Shown one piece after another: positions 1 through 12,634 of a stretch of DNA of 64,000 bases (position 1 is its first letter; each line of letters starts with the position of its first letter). Source of the stretch: Mizuhopecten yessoensis (lineage: Eukaryota); NCBI RefSeq assembly GCF_002113885.1, contig NW_018408752.1:413624-477623 (forward strand). The letters run 5' to 3'. The translations under genes and the position numbers were made by a program. The notes beneath the pieces are model-generated. The model was not told the DNA's origin, ran no database searches, and saw nothing but the letters and a program-made list of their open reading frames with translations.

Positions 1-580
1 TTCGTTCAGAATGTCTACTTGATCAGAAATTAAAGTGCCATTTTCTTTTACTATTCTTGGTATAATTTTGGATGTAAAATTTCTGTTTTCTAAATTAAAA
101 AAATAATTAGTTGGTTTTTCTCCTTCTTCTATCCATTTTGCTTTAGACCTGATTATGCTTCCTTTTAGTTTATGGAGTCGAATACTTTCTAGTTCTCTTT
201 TCTTCCTTTCTAACATTTCCCAATCTATTCTTTCTGAATCTTCAATATTCTTTATCTCATCTTTAAGATTATTTTCTCGAATGTTTTGTTGTTTTTTCCT
301 GTATGAAGAGTATGATATTGTTTTGCCCCTTATATCCATCAAAAGTGTCTCTAAAAACAGCTGTTCATTAATGATAAATTGGATATCTGTATCAGGAATG
401 AGATTAATGCTATCAATTTGGTACACTGGAATAGCATATTGCACTTTAATTTCCTCTAAAGACTTTTTGACAAGATCTAAGTATTCAAATTCCTGTAGTA
501 AAGAGTTATTGAACTTCCAAAGGCCCTTTCCTTTTTTGAAATCATTAAATTTTAGAGAAATAGTTGGTATCGAATGATCC
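1..580 (-). mobile_element. L1/Tx1-clade non-LTR retrotransposon ORF2 fragment (end of endonuclease plus linker), running off the left edge
   Basis: Minus-strand translation reads DHSIPTISLKF..KGKGLWKFNNSLL..RGKTISYS..IRSKAKWIEEGEKPTNYFFNLE..DQVDILNE, the typical L1/Tx1 EN-RT linker. Similarity stops abruptly near 580 (5' truncation). Confidence 0.88.
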
Positions 581-2447
581 CGTTCTTCTTTGTCATATAA
601 CTTGTTGGTAATTTTGTGGATTTCAAATCCCCCGTCACCTGGGATCTCAGTCGATCAGCCTCAGTAGCTTAGTTTCTTACATGCTTGTTCTGACGCTATA
701 TGTTTTGATAGAATTAAGAATGGGCTTTTAAATATGTGTAGCATTGTCTTACAAAGTAAGGTTTTTACGTATATTTGTAGGCAGTTATTATCATAGTATT
801 TGAATATAAAATAATATAAGTAGAAGATTTTTCAGTTGATATGACTAATTGAAATTTCTAATGTAAAATCAGTGCATCCCAAAATGTACAGCAGGCGAAA
901 TATCTGTCACGAAACACAGCGTGTATTTTTTAACGTTTAACAGTACATTGTAGGCATTTTCATACGCCTTGTTAACAGAAAATGTATCGAAATAATTGAT
1001 GATAACTTTCTCGGACTCTAGACACAAAGCAGAACTGTACGATAAAACATTAGGAAAATTACAGGTATGGTTACAATATGTATGTGTTAACTCATTTTGT
1101 ATACATTTTCCCAAAATCACATACAAGAAAAAAAAGTTGGTTACAGTTTTGTTCAACTCCTCAGATGAGTAGATTCTTAAGCTGATGCATAATCATATCA
1201 AATTGGAAATAAATTTATTAGCTCAGATTGTGTATATATATATATCTATTTCGTGTATGTAACAGCTTGTCAACCATTTACATTACGCTAAATCTTATCA
1301 GTGCTTATCTGTGCCGGGCGTTCTGTGCTGTACCCATGTTGCTTTTATTACTACTACTACACGTTGTTTACATATTGCATTGCACGAGACTTCCGGAGTC
1401 AGTGTTTAAGTATCTCAGAATCTCTGGCATCATCAAACCTTCATGTAGCATCGCATTACTATACGTTTGTAGGTGAAGCACTTGAATGTGTAAGTATAAG
1501 TATTGTCTTCCAGGCTTCTTATGTTACTTATCCGAGAAAGCTGACTGTCGTCCTTTCATTTTTGTATTGTGGCAGCAATAGTAATCATACTTCATATGAT
1601 CGTTATTTCGGACTTTATATGTAACGGGCGTGATTACTGAACATTTACGTTCTATTCGTGTGATTATGTTATTATTGTTATAAAGTAACCAACTACTCAA
1701 AACATATTTAACGTTTTATAAATGTACATGTATTCGCATACTGTAGAAAGATTACAATAACTCCGATAAAAATGAAACCTTAAGTTAATTTATAGCGCGA
1801 TTAAAATGTCGTTTTGGACAGGACTTGTAAGATCCACCCGATAATGGTGCAATATGAATGCCATCTAAAGCAGTTCAATACTTAATTACATTCATATGCA
1901 CACACACGTATGATAATACAATCTTTGTATTTCCATCTTATAGAAAATTAAATCATTTTAAATAATTGTATGTATAGTGTGTGCTAGTTTTTTCAATAAA
2001 TGAACAGCAATTATCTGTATGGAGGGTCAGCAATATTCAACATCAGAATATTATGATGTCATAATGATGACGACGTCATCACATGGTCCCTGGCATCTAT
2101 AATTGAAATGAATGTTATCTAAGTTTGATAGGGCTATATAGTTACAATGCCATTGAGTGGTGAATAGTATATGTCTATTCTTAATTGGTAAGATGCTGCT
2201 TATTTTCAATTAGCAAAAAGTTTATATACATGTAGTCACGGTTTATAAATTATGTATAAATATATATATTCGCGTCGCGACCGTTTCTCGGCTTTTATCG
2301 ACCAGAGCGCGAAATGGCTGAAACATTTTGTCATAACAATCACATCGTCCTAATTCATGTAACTTTATGAAACTTAACAAGTCTTCTATTGGTCATGAGT
2401 CTTTATCTATTTCTGTACACTAGGTTTGTGGCACTTGGTTGACAATA

Positions 2448-3116
2448 ATGGCGTCTGATCATATCCAAGGATGGCTCAACAACTGGGAGGATAACTGTAC
2501 CCCATGGCAGATGACAGGTGTCCACGAGGGGTTGGAGCGGTACTACAAGATGTTGACTAATAAGTCTTCCGTCCAAAATAAAATATTCATTCCGCTATGC
2601 GGGAAGTCTGTGGACATAAAATGGCTGGCCGACCGCGGGATTGAGGTCGTAGGCGTGGAAGCCTCAGAAAAGGGTTTGAAGGAATTCTTCACGGAACAAA
2701 ATATTGAATATTCCAAAGAAACCGCATCTTCTGTGAAAGGAACACTGTTCCGGTCACATGACAATAAAATCCGACTTTACTGTTGTGATATATTTGATTT
2801 CTCTGCCAAGGTTGAGTCGGGCTTTAGTGGGGTGTGGGATAGAGGTTCAATGGAAGCTATTGGACCTGGTGACAGGAAAAAATACGTGGACCTAATGAGA
2901 ACTCTTATTGGTCCAGAGACAGGTTATTTGACAGAGATCGTTGAACGTGATCTCGGTAAAGGACCGCCGTTTTGTATTCCGATAGATGAACTCGAGGCCG
3001 TTTTTGGGCCCGGATGTAAAGTTACGAAATTGATGACTGTTACGAACCTCCCAGAATATGCGTTCGGTATTCCCGATTTAATTGATTTCAACGTTTTCTC
3101 TATTTCGTCCAAATAA
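2448..3116 (+). CDS. TPMT: Thiopurine S-methyltransferase-like SAM-dependent methyltransferase, single coding exon (222 aa)
   Basis: Motifs IFIPLCGKSVDIKWLADRG.EVVGVE, YCCDIFDF, VWDRGS and GPPF. ATG at 2448 follows a splice acceptor (..tacactag, 2423). AATAAA overlaps the stop codon. Confidence 0.9.
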   Translation: MASDHIQGWLNNWEDNCTPWQMTGVHEGLERYYKMLTNKSSVQNKIFIPLCGKSVDIKWLADRGIEVVGVEASEKGLKEFFTEQNIEYSKETASSVKGTLFRSHDNKIRLYCCDIFDFSAKVESGFSGVWDRGSMEAIGPGDRKKYVDLMRTLIGPETGYLTEIVERDLGKGPPFCIPIDELEAVFGPGCKVTKLMTVTNLPEYAFGIPDLIDFNVFSISSK

Positions 3117-3420
3117 AATATCCTCTATTTCTTAATCTCATTAACATGGATAATTTGGTTTTAAAAACATAGTTCAGTATGTCATTATACAGTCATTTAA
3201 TGCGAGGGAGCCCGGATGTAAGTTTTTTCTTGTTTTCCTTGGACAGTAGTTTATATCAATCGTTTCATCATAGCAAAATAAAAATATATTTTCAAGAAGT
3301 ATCCGTTTTCTGTTATGAATATACTGACATCAATAATAGCACTGAAAATTATCATTGTCGTCATTGTTTATTACATATATATAAGGGAAACATTATAACT
3401 TGCTTCCCCTCTATCAATAA

Positions 3421-4301
3421 TGTTCATGGAAACATAACTAGGGGAGGGTCTTGGCGTAATAACCACCGACACAGGATTCTCTCTTCATAGATGTGTTTAA
3501 TGATGGACACGAGAATATAGACAAAAGTCCCTACAACAATAAATAGCTATATTCAATACACAGTACCGAAACTAACGCGCCCAACTATACAACAATAGCG
3601 CGTACTTTAAAATAACTCGAATAATACATTTACATAGATTCGATCACATATGTGTTGATTCTATTATCGTTTATCCACAGTTAAACCTATAAGAATATAT
3701 ATAACTGACAAAGTACCAATAGACCACAGGAAATATCACGACGAACATTATCTACCAATAAGTTACAATTATCAGTAAAATTACCGATCGCATCTTAATG
3801 TAATGATAACAAATAAATAAATAATAATGTTAAACTTACTTGGCATGTGGTGCCCAGGACGTGAATAAATAAATATAGATTAGATCTACATATGTGTAAT
3901 ATATTTATCGATCAGATATAAAAAATCATAAAAAGATTACCTTATTTTCACTGAATCCAGAACAAACATAAAATGAGGCTACCTAGCGTGGAAACGGGAA
4001 ACGAACGACCTCGATCTCCTAGCTATAACTGGAGACGGGTGTGAATACCAAACACGAGAAAGATCACGAGAACATTCACCTATAACCACGGAGCGTCAAG
4101 ATGTATTTTGAGGATATAATGTCAGTGTAGAGAAACAACTGTCAAAAACCATTACACATAATTGTATATCAGTAGTCACCAACAGAAAATATAACACAGA
4201 CATGACCGCCAACAAACAAAACCAGTATACAAATAGAAGGACGAAAGTCGATTTGTCGAGTCATGGATATTGAAAAGTTTGCATGGTATCAAGTTGTAAC
4301 A
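3421..4301 (-). mobile_element. Possible solo LTR
   Basis: Minus strand begins TGTTAC and ends TGAACA, with ATTAAA and a U5-like tract near the 3' end and internal GTAAGT donors. No matching TSD found. Confidence 0.3.
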
Positions 4302-4489
4302 CTATAGTACCTTGCTTTCCGTTGTTTTCATGTTGCGTTCCATGGAACTGAGGAGAAGAAATGTTTGCTTAAAGGATTTCAGGCTGGCGAAAACGGGGAA
4401 TATCACCATACCCTTATAGCTCCAAAGTAACTAAAACAATAGTAGATCCAAGTTCATCAGAGCAGAGTTATGCCCAGTATGGGTTGAAC

Positions 4490-4640
4490 TAGGGGAGTGG
4501 TGTATACGTAGCGGAACTGGACTGTGTCGGTCTCTGGCTCATCTGGTTAAAGCGTTCGTCTAGAGTTCGTAGGTTCCGGTTAGAGTTCTGGTTTGGCCGT
4601 GGGATTTATTTCCTTTCCTGTTACGTTTGCGCCCACGTAG
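4490..4640 (+). repeat. tRNA-tailed repeat family, degenerate copy followed by PBS-like sequence
   Basis: Shares TAGCGGAACTGGACTG, a tRNA-like body and TTTCC..TCCTGTTAC with the copies at 13628 and 40576. Confidence 0.6.
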
Positions 4641-4689
4641 AAACCCGAAAAAAACCGACGAGAAATATTCAGCCTTGCCATTACCATGT

Positions 4690-5490
4690 ACGGCATTAAA
4701 AACGTTACAGGACTAGATCAAATCCATGGCAGAATATTCAAAGAACACGGAGACACCACTTCATCAACATTTCCAAAAATATTCACAAAAGCACTTGACA
4801 CTGTGAACACTGTATACTACAACGCATCAACCACAGCCCCATATCGCTCACATGGACAGCATGCAACCCCTCAAACACGTTATCACCTGTGCTACCTTAC
4901 ACATTTAGGAGACGGAAAAATACTCTGTGGCTTGCCCTCCACAATTACCTTTAAAACACAACTTCTAACATTTATAAATACAAGACTTTGCCCAAAACAG
5001 CATAACATTCATCATCCTTTTGGACTCTACAAAATTCTTGCAATACAAGCTACGCTACTACGGCATCACGTGAAACACATTCACATGGATCACAGTTGTT
5101 TTAAAACAACGAACCGAAACAGTTGTACATACTTGCCAACTCTTCCTATTTAGGAGGGGGACTCCCGATTTTGGACCCCGGGAACAGGGCTGGCTTATGA
5201 ACCCAGACAAATGCACCATACTCACAATTTCAACAAAATGCTCTCAAAATACCAATAAGTAGTACAAGTAAATACCTTGGACGAACACGACAAAACAACA
5301 TTAAATTGGTCAAAGACATCAACAAGATTATTGTGTAAACAAATGCAAATAAATCACAAAGCTTTCTAAAACACAACCGCAAAGTGCAGAGGCCATTTAA
5401 TAGATAAAAACAATAATACTGCTCTTCAGTCTAGGATCCATAGGCTAATACATAAAAACATAAAAAAAAAGTGCAAAGACAGGCCGGACT
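4690..5490 (+). mobile_element. Highly degraded LINE RT-region remnants
   Basis: Patchy motifs GLDQIHGRIFKE (GPD..I..R.LKE-like) and IFTKALDT; no continuous frame. Confidence 0.35.
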
Positions 5491-5716
5491 AACGACATAA
5501 ACATGTATATTCAATGACCGATCCTTCATATACAAAATAAGAACACGCCGTTCTGATTAATCGGCCTGTTATCCAGTGAATTCGCCCGTGTAATATTTGT
5601 ACATATGTCACCAAGTGTAATATACCCTGGAGCGTTTTTGATTGGATGTGCAAGTCAGAAATCGATTATGACAATGACGTGACGTTATAAATTGTGAATG
5701 GCGCAACAAAATGGCT

Positions 5717-8700
5717 GTTTAGTTTAAACATATTTTATTGCCAAAATAGTGACAACAGGATTGGGCACAAGTTATTACAACATTATTTACGCCCTTTCCC
5801 CAAATATATACATCAGTTTTACAAACATGGCACAACTGGGTATCAAATAATATGTATAATAGTAGCATTACAACACCAGAAACAAAAAGAGAAAGAACAA
5901 CATTAAACAGTCTCACAAATTGAGTATAGAAATATAAAACGCCTTACGAATTAAAACCTACAGCTGGTCTTTATGAATTTTTGCACGTTACGAAAAATAT
6001 AATTATTTTGTTGAGAAGACAGATCCGGAATACCAGATAAAAAATATATCTAAGGAGATTTCATTAACAAAATTTAGATTTTGAAACAATTCAAACCTCT
6101 GGTGTGTATAAACTGGACATTCAAAAAAGAAATGATAGGCGTTTTCACATGGAGATCCACAGACACAGGCGGGACTATCTACGATGTTGGCTCTAAATAA
6201 ATCATAATTTAGGGAACTGCAGTTGTACCTTAATTTAGTGTGCATGATATTTAGTTTTCGTTCACCATAACCAAAATAACTGTGCGTCTTGGTGTCCAAT
6301 TCTCGAGAGATGGCTTTTTTTTAATCTTCCTAAAGTGACCGATGATCTTTTAGCAGTATCTAGATTGTTCCAAGAGCGAAGCGTAGAAGGTTAGAAGGAT
6401 GAATCTGTACTAGAAAATCTGAAATTTGGTATTACAAAGTCATTACTGTTTCTTAAAGGATATCTGACATTTTGGTTTACTGTATTGGGTAGAATTTTGT
6501 TTAAGAATTCAGGGGTGATACCATTTTTCATTTTGTACAATAAATGCAGTTTCCTTCTTTTTCTCCTGTTTGAGAGTCTTGCTAACCCCGATTCAAAATA
6601 GAGAGCATAATTATTAGCATAGGAAGGAAGACCAGTAATGATACGTGCGGCTTCACGTTGACATTTTTCTAACCTCTGACTTTCATTAATTGTACATCCG
6701 TCCCATAATTCACAACAGTAATCAAAAATTGGCAAAATAAGAGAGTTATATATTTAAAACAAAGTTTCTCTTTTAAGAATATGTTTCAGACTTCTAAGAA
6801 CATTTATTTTCTTCATAACGGAGGTATAAATAGCTAAAATATTATCCCCCCAATTACCTGCAGAATTGAAGACTACACCCAAATGTCTGTGTTGATCACT
6901 AAAATTCAATAATTAGTCGTTAAAACGTAATTCTAAATCTCCATTTAGTTCTATCGCATTAGAGATAAATAAAACATTGGTCTTGCTAGCATTGAAATCT
7001 ACTAAAAAAAAATGGCCCATTTACTTAAAGAATCAATGTCTAGGTTAAGGACAGTCTATTTCTTGACAGGAAGAAGATATGTGTAAGAGAGAAGTATCGT
7101 CTGCGAAATGTCCAGAGGCAGAAAGCAATACATCAGATATGTCATTAATATATACTAAGAATAATAATGGGCCTAAAATAGAACCTTGAGGAACTCCTGC
7201 TTTTATGAAACCAGCACGAGAAAGAAAATTCGATATAAAAACGTGTTGTTGATCCAATTCAATAGCTCGCCAGTTATCCCATAAGACTTTAATTTAATAA
7301 TGAGCCCTTTATGCCATACACGATCAAAGGCCTTAGAGATATCGCAGAAAACTAATCTGACATTTTTTTTGTCTTCTAAAGCTAGACAGATATTGTGATA
7401 GATTTCAATGAGTTGATATAAGGTCGAATGATTCGGCATAAAAGCGGACTGGTGTTGATGAAAGAAGGAGATTTCCAAAAAATAGTTATGGATATGTTTA
7501 AAAACAACCCTTTCAAAAACGTTCCCAACAGTAGATAACAAAGATATAGGTCGGTAATTTGAAGGAAGATGTCTGTTCCCCTTCTTGAACAAAGGCATTA
7601 CTTTCGCAAGTGTCCAGGCTTGTGGATATATACCACGAGAAAGAGACATGTTTTAAAAGATAATCATTAACGGATAACATACAGTACTGGCAGTTGCTTT
7701 TAACATATGGTTACTAATACCATCGAGACCAGAGGCTTTACCTAGTTTGAAGAATGTCTCATATTTCTTCAGAATTCGTACGTATAGAGATTATAATCTT
7801 GTCAGTCCTGTTCTGAACTTAAGGAATATCTGCTGATGAATCATCAAGACTAGTAATGGAACAAAAAAATCATTTAACATATTTGCTTTCTCCTTGCCAT
7901 TTGTAAAAAATTCATTTGATACAGGATCTTGAAGGGTTGGAACAGACTGGGATGAGCCTGAACACTTCATAAGTCTTTTAATAGGTCTCCAGTAAAATTT
8001 TGGATCTGAAGTTGAAAATTGGTCGATGAGACAATGGACATTTTCATAGAACTCTAGACGAGCATGTTTCTTAATGTTATTACAGTCGAACCTCGTTATC
8101 TCGAACTCGTATAACTCGAAGACCCCGTTTATCGGTCCCGGCCAAAACTCTTCTTAATCTTAGTAATAAAAACTCTGATAATTCGAACTCTGAAAATTCA
8201 AAAAACTCGGATATCCCGAAGTGAAATATCGGTCCCAACAACGTAAATCCTACATAAAAATGTCGCATAACTCGAATACTCGGATAACTCGAAGTTTCCA
8301 ACGATCCCGTCGACTTCGAGATAACGAGGTTCGACTGTAACTTTATTGCACTGAGACTTAAATTTGTTAATATCAGAAGGGTTTCCACGGGATCTATATA
8401 ATTTGTGCAATCTATCCCTAATCCTTATCTGTTTTCTAAGTTCAAATGACATCCAGGGTTTGTCGTTTGGCCAACTGTCACTTCTTTGGAAGGTATAAAT
8501 TCTGCGGCAAATTCTAAAAAATTCAATGTAAAAAGGTCACAGGCTTCGTCGACAGTATCACAGTTTGCAAAATTATTTTCCCAATCGAAATCTAAAATCT
8601 TATTATTAAAGTTACCAAAGTCGGCAGATTTATAAAGCCAGACTTTTCTCGTATACACTGTTTTAATAGCAAAACATATATTGATTGAAGCAATACATGC

Positions 8701-9814
8701 CTCATGATCACTGATCGAATCATCTACTGTAATAATAACATTACTTTCAACACAAGTCAAAGTTTCAGATATGAAGATGGGGTCCAGGAGACTAGCTCTG
8801 GTAGGACAGATACGAGTAGGTTCATTAATTAAACTTATCATTCCGTATGTATTGATGAAGTAGTTAACAAATCCACGTGAAGATCACCCGTGATTATCAA
8901 ATTGGGAGAAATAACTAGAGCACTGTCTATAGATTCACGTAAATTGTTCCAAAAGGGCTGGACAGAATTTTCGGGCCTATAAATGGTACATAGAATTAAA
9001 CATTAACCTGGGAAATCAACTTGAGTTCAAAAGACTTCGTCTCCTCTGTATTTAAGGTCACGTAGACGCTTGACTTTTAACATGACATTAAAATAAACAG
9101 GAATCCCACCCCCGGTGAAAGTTCTATATCTAAGCGAAATGGTTCGTGGGAATCGTTAATACGTACAAATTCAGAAGCAACATGCTCGTCTAGATGTGTT
9201 TCGGTGAGACAAATAATGTCATACTCGCCTGCTCTATCTTCGATGGCCTCAATTTTATTCCTAACACTTCTAACATTCAGATGGAAAAGAGATCATTCAT
9301 GTGGGCCTTGGTTTGATTCAATGTCCATATGTGATAATAAAAGAAGAATTAAAATAATAATAAATTCAATGTTGAGAAAACTAGAGTTCAGAAACCGGAC
9401 TACACCTAAAACTGTATTAGAAATTATGTTCCCTGAATACAGTAATTGACTAAAAATGTGACCTAAATGAACACTAAACAAGATAAATTCTGATTCCATC
9501 CAACATCTGCCATATACTCTAGTGTAGAGGCCTCCGATGGCCACTCTATACGACATTATATCATTAACCATTATCTATGGGATTTTTTTTATATAATCGA
9601 ATCGGCAAACCGAAGACTTCCACACTAACAAAAAGTAAAGACCAGCTATAGTGAAAATTTGTTTGACTGAAACACGAAGAAAGAACATTGAAAGAAGAGA
9701 CTAAAAAGAACATAAAAATCAGAACAGACAATAGCTTTAGAACAAATGTTCCTCTCAGAGCGATCATAAATATCGCAGTAATAGCGTTCGTTTGATCGAC
9801 TGACGGATTTAAGT
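5717..9814 (-). mobile_element. Full-length decayed CR1-type (Zenon-like, no recognisable ORF1) LINE with APE endonuclease and RT
   Basis: Frameshifted ORF pieces: EN (LINEPTR..LLDPIF..ISDH), RT ([45 protein letters not shown]) and C-terminal CVCG..E..HFFFECP. 3' tail AATAAAATATGTTTAAACTAAAC. TSD ATGGCT at 5711-5716 and 9815-9820. Confidence 0.92.
8083..8337. mobile_element. Tc1/mariner-pogo-type MITE nested in the LINE
   Basis: 23-bp perfect TIR CAGTCGAACCTCGTTATCTCGAA with TA on both sides. Removing it restores the LINE frame (SQCNKVNNIKKHA). Confidence 0.93.
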
Positions 9815-9820
9815 ATGGCT

Positions 9821-10050
9821 GTCTCCGTTTGATTAAGCCCTCTACATTTTGGCTTTAAAACCTGTCAAAATGTAAGTTTTCTGAGTTATGTGATAAATAG
9901 TATCTTAAATTTGTTTTCATTTCATAGAGCTTTTATGAAACTCGTCTCGACGTTTTAATTTTTGCTCGCCAAGGCTCGCAACAAAAAAACCCTCCTAAGA
10001 CTCGTTAGATAAAATCTCAAATGAAATGAAAACTTGTTTAAGATCCTACA
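9821..10050. repeat. Hairpin-ended non-autonomous DNA element (possibly Crypton-like), probably the host of the LINE insertion
   Basis: Imperfect inverted repeat GTTTTCATTTCAT../..ATGAAATGAAAAC around CTCGCCAAGGCTCG. Family assignment is inference only. Confidence 0.35.
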
Positions 10051-10571
10051 TGTATTGTTGTATATATATATATAGCACACCTTGATTTAATAGATTACTT
10101 TTAAACAAAATACGCTGAATACTTCTTTAAAATGCTTATTTACATGTAGCAATTATTGGCTAACGGCTTACATTAGTAAATTACACCAGATCTCATTACA
10201 ACAAGTAGAATGAAGAGCTACAACCAAAACACGTCCAATAAAGATTTATAAAGCTTCCTTTTATTGCTAGAGTAGTAAGGCGATTTCTAACAACAAATCG
10301 AATATTCCTCGACCTAGGGCCAGACAAATACAGGTGAATTGTAATATAGGATAGACTATAGAATGTACTGTATACTGAGTTCCATCTCTATATATATATA
10401 GATGGCTATGGCTAAGTATCTTTGAATTGCTGGTTTGAGAATATTTGCTTTTCATGTTGTGTCGTCAAGTAATTTGTCATTACTTCTGAGTGGTGGGTTG
10501 TTTTGGCCTTCACTTTTTTTTTTTAGATTTCTTATAAACATATAGTTTTTTGAGACTGTTTTTATTTCTTC

Positions 10572-11910
10572 TTTTTTTTTCGGTATAGGCCCTATAGGTT
10601 GTCCTGGTCTTTTTTTTCGGTATAGGCCCTACAGGTTGTCCTGGTCTTTTTTTCGGTATAGGCCCTATAGGTTGTCCTGGCCTTTTTTTCGGAATAGGCC
10701 CTATAGGTTGTCCTGGCCTTTTTTTCGGAATAGGCCCTATAGGTTGTCCTGGCCTTTTTTTCGGAATAGGCCCTATAGGTTGTCCTGGTTTTTTTTTCGG
10801 TATAGGCCCTATATGTTGTCCTGGTATTTTTTTTTCGATAAAGGCCCTACAGGTTGTCCTGGTCTCTTTTTCGGTATAGGCCCTATAGGTGGTCCTGGTC
10901 TTTTTTTCGGTTTAGGCCCTAGGTTGTCCTGGTCTTTTTTTCGGGATAGGCCCTATAGGTTGTCCTGGTATTTTTTTCGGTATATAGGCCTATAGGTGGT
11001 CCTGGTCTTTTTTTCGGTATAGGACCTATGGGTTGTCCTGGTCTTTTTTTCGGTACAGGTCCTATGGGTTGTCCTGGTCTTTTTTTTCGGTTTATAGGCC
11101 TATAGGTGGTCCTGGTCTTTTTTTCGGTATAGGGCCTATAGGTTGTTCTGGTCTTTTTTTCGGGATAGGTCCTATAGGTTGTCCTGGTCTTTTTTTCGGG
11201 ATAGGCCCTATAGGTTGTCCTGGTTTTTTTTTCGGTATAGGCCCTATATGTTGTGCTGGTCTTTTTTCGGTATAGGCCCTACAGGTTGTCCTGCTCTTTT
11301 TTCGGTATAGGCCCTATATGTTGTCCTGGTCTTTTTTTGCGGTAGAGGCCCTATATGTTGTACTGGTCTTTTTGCGGTATAGGTCCTATAGGTTGTCCTG
11401 GCCTTTTTTTCGGAATAGGCCCTATAGGTTGTCCTGGTTTTTTTTTCGGTATAGGCCCTATACGTTGTCCTGGTCTTTTTTCGGTATAGGTCCTATAGGC
11501 TGTCCTGGTCTTTTTTTCGGTATAGGGCCTATGGGTTGTCCTGGTCTTTTTTTTCGGTATATAGGCCTATAGGTTGTCCTGGTCTTTTGTTAGGTCTAGG
11601 TGCTATAGGGTGTCCTGGTCTTTTTTTCGGTATAGATCCTATGGGTTGTCCTGGTCTTTTTTTCGGTTTAGGCCCTAGGTTGTCCTGGTCTTTTTTTCGG
11701 TACAGGTCCTATGGGTTGTCCTGGTCTTTTTTTTCGGTTTATAGGCCTATAGGTGGTCCTGGTCTTTTTTTCGGTTTAGGCCCTAGGTTGTCCTGGTCTT
11801 TTTTTCGGTATAGGCCCTATAGGTTGTCCTGGTCTTTTTTTCGGTATAGGTCCTATGGGTTGTCCTGGTCTTTTTTTCGGTATAGGCCCTATAGGTTGAC
11901 CTGGTCTTTT
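10572..11910. repeat. 36-bp minisatellite, about 37 copies
   Basis: Unit CGGTATAGGCCCTATAGGTTGTCCTGGTCT(T)n. It explains the spurious ORFs with a 12-aa period. Confidence 0.97.
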
Positions 11911-12634
11911 TCTGTATTTTTGATTTCATTGATTCAAAATGTCTGGTTTGGAGTTTCTTTGCTTTTTCGTGTGCTTGTGCATTTTTTTCATATTTTCATT
12001 CATTTTCTTTGCTAGGATTGGGCTAACCCATGGTAAAAATCTCTAATGTTTAACTAATTTCGTGGTTTTATTTTCAGTGTAATTGCATTTTTTCTTGACG
12101 TATCCAATAGTTCGGATAAGACATTGTTTTAAATGTGCCTTTTTATGTCTTGTGTTTGGTGTCCCAAATTTATTTGCTATAAGCCTACCTTGTATTCTTT
12201 TCTTTCTTTCAAAATTCTCAGACCAAATGGTATAAATTGATTTATTTTTTTAGTTTTACTTGTTGATTTCGTAAAGATTTGTTTGTCACTTTGATTGGTG
12301 CATCTGCTGATGGAAATCACTTTAAATGTGACAGACCGATTTTGGCTGGTTGCCAGATAAAATCTTGAAGTAGACTGCATAGGCTACTTTGATACGAGTT
12401 GTTTCCCTTTGATCATTATGAAATATGCAATTTTACCTTGAGGTGGAATGCTATTAGTTCTCTTATTTTCACACTGAAACATATCTCCTATGGTTCTTAT
12501 TGACTTCAATGATATGTAGTGAGTCGATTTACGTAAACATCCCCGGCATAAAGCCAGATTTTACCAATTTCTTCCGATGTTTTTCCTACTTGTACGCATG
12601 CGCATTGAAAGAAGGCAATGGAGAGGCCATGAAA

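Noticed and set aside
155-577. 140-aa plus-strand ORF
   Set aside because: Antisense shadow of the L1/Tx1 ORF2 fragment.
10636-12015. Periodic ORFs and a CRISPR-like appearance
   Set aside because: Pure tandem repeat with no unique spacers and no cas genes, in a eukaryotic context.
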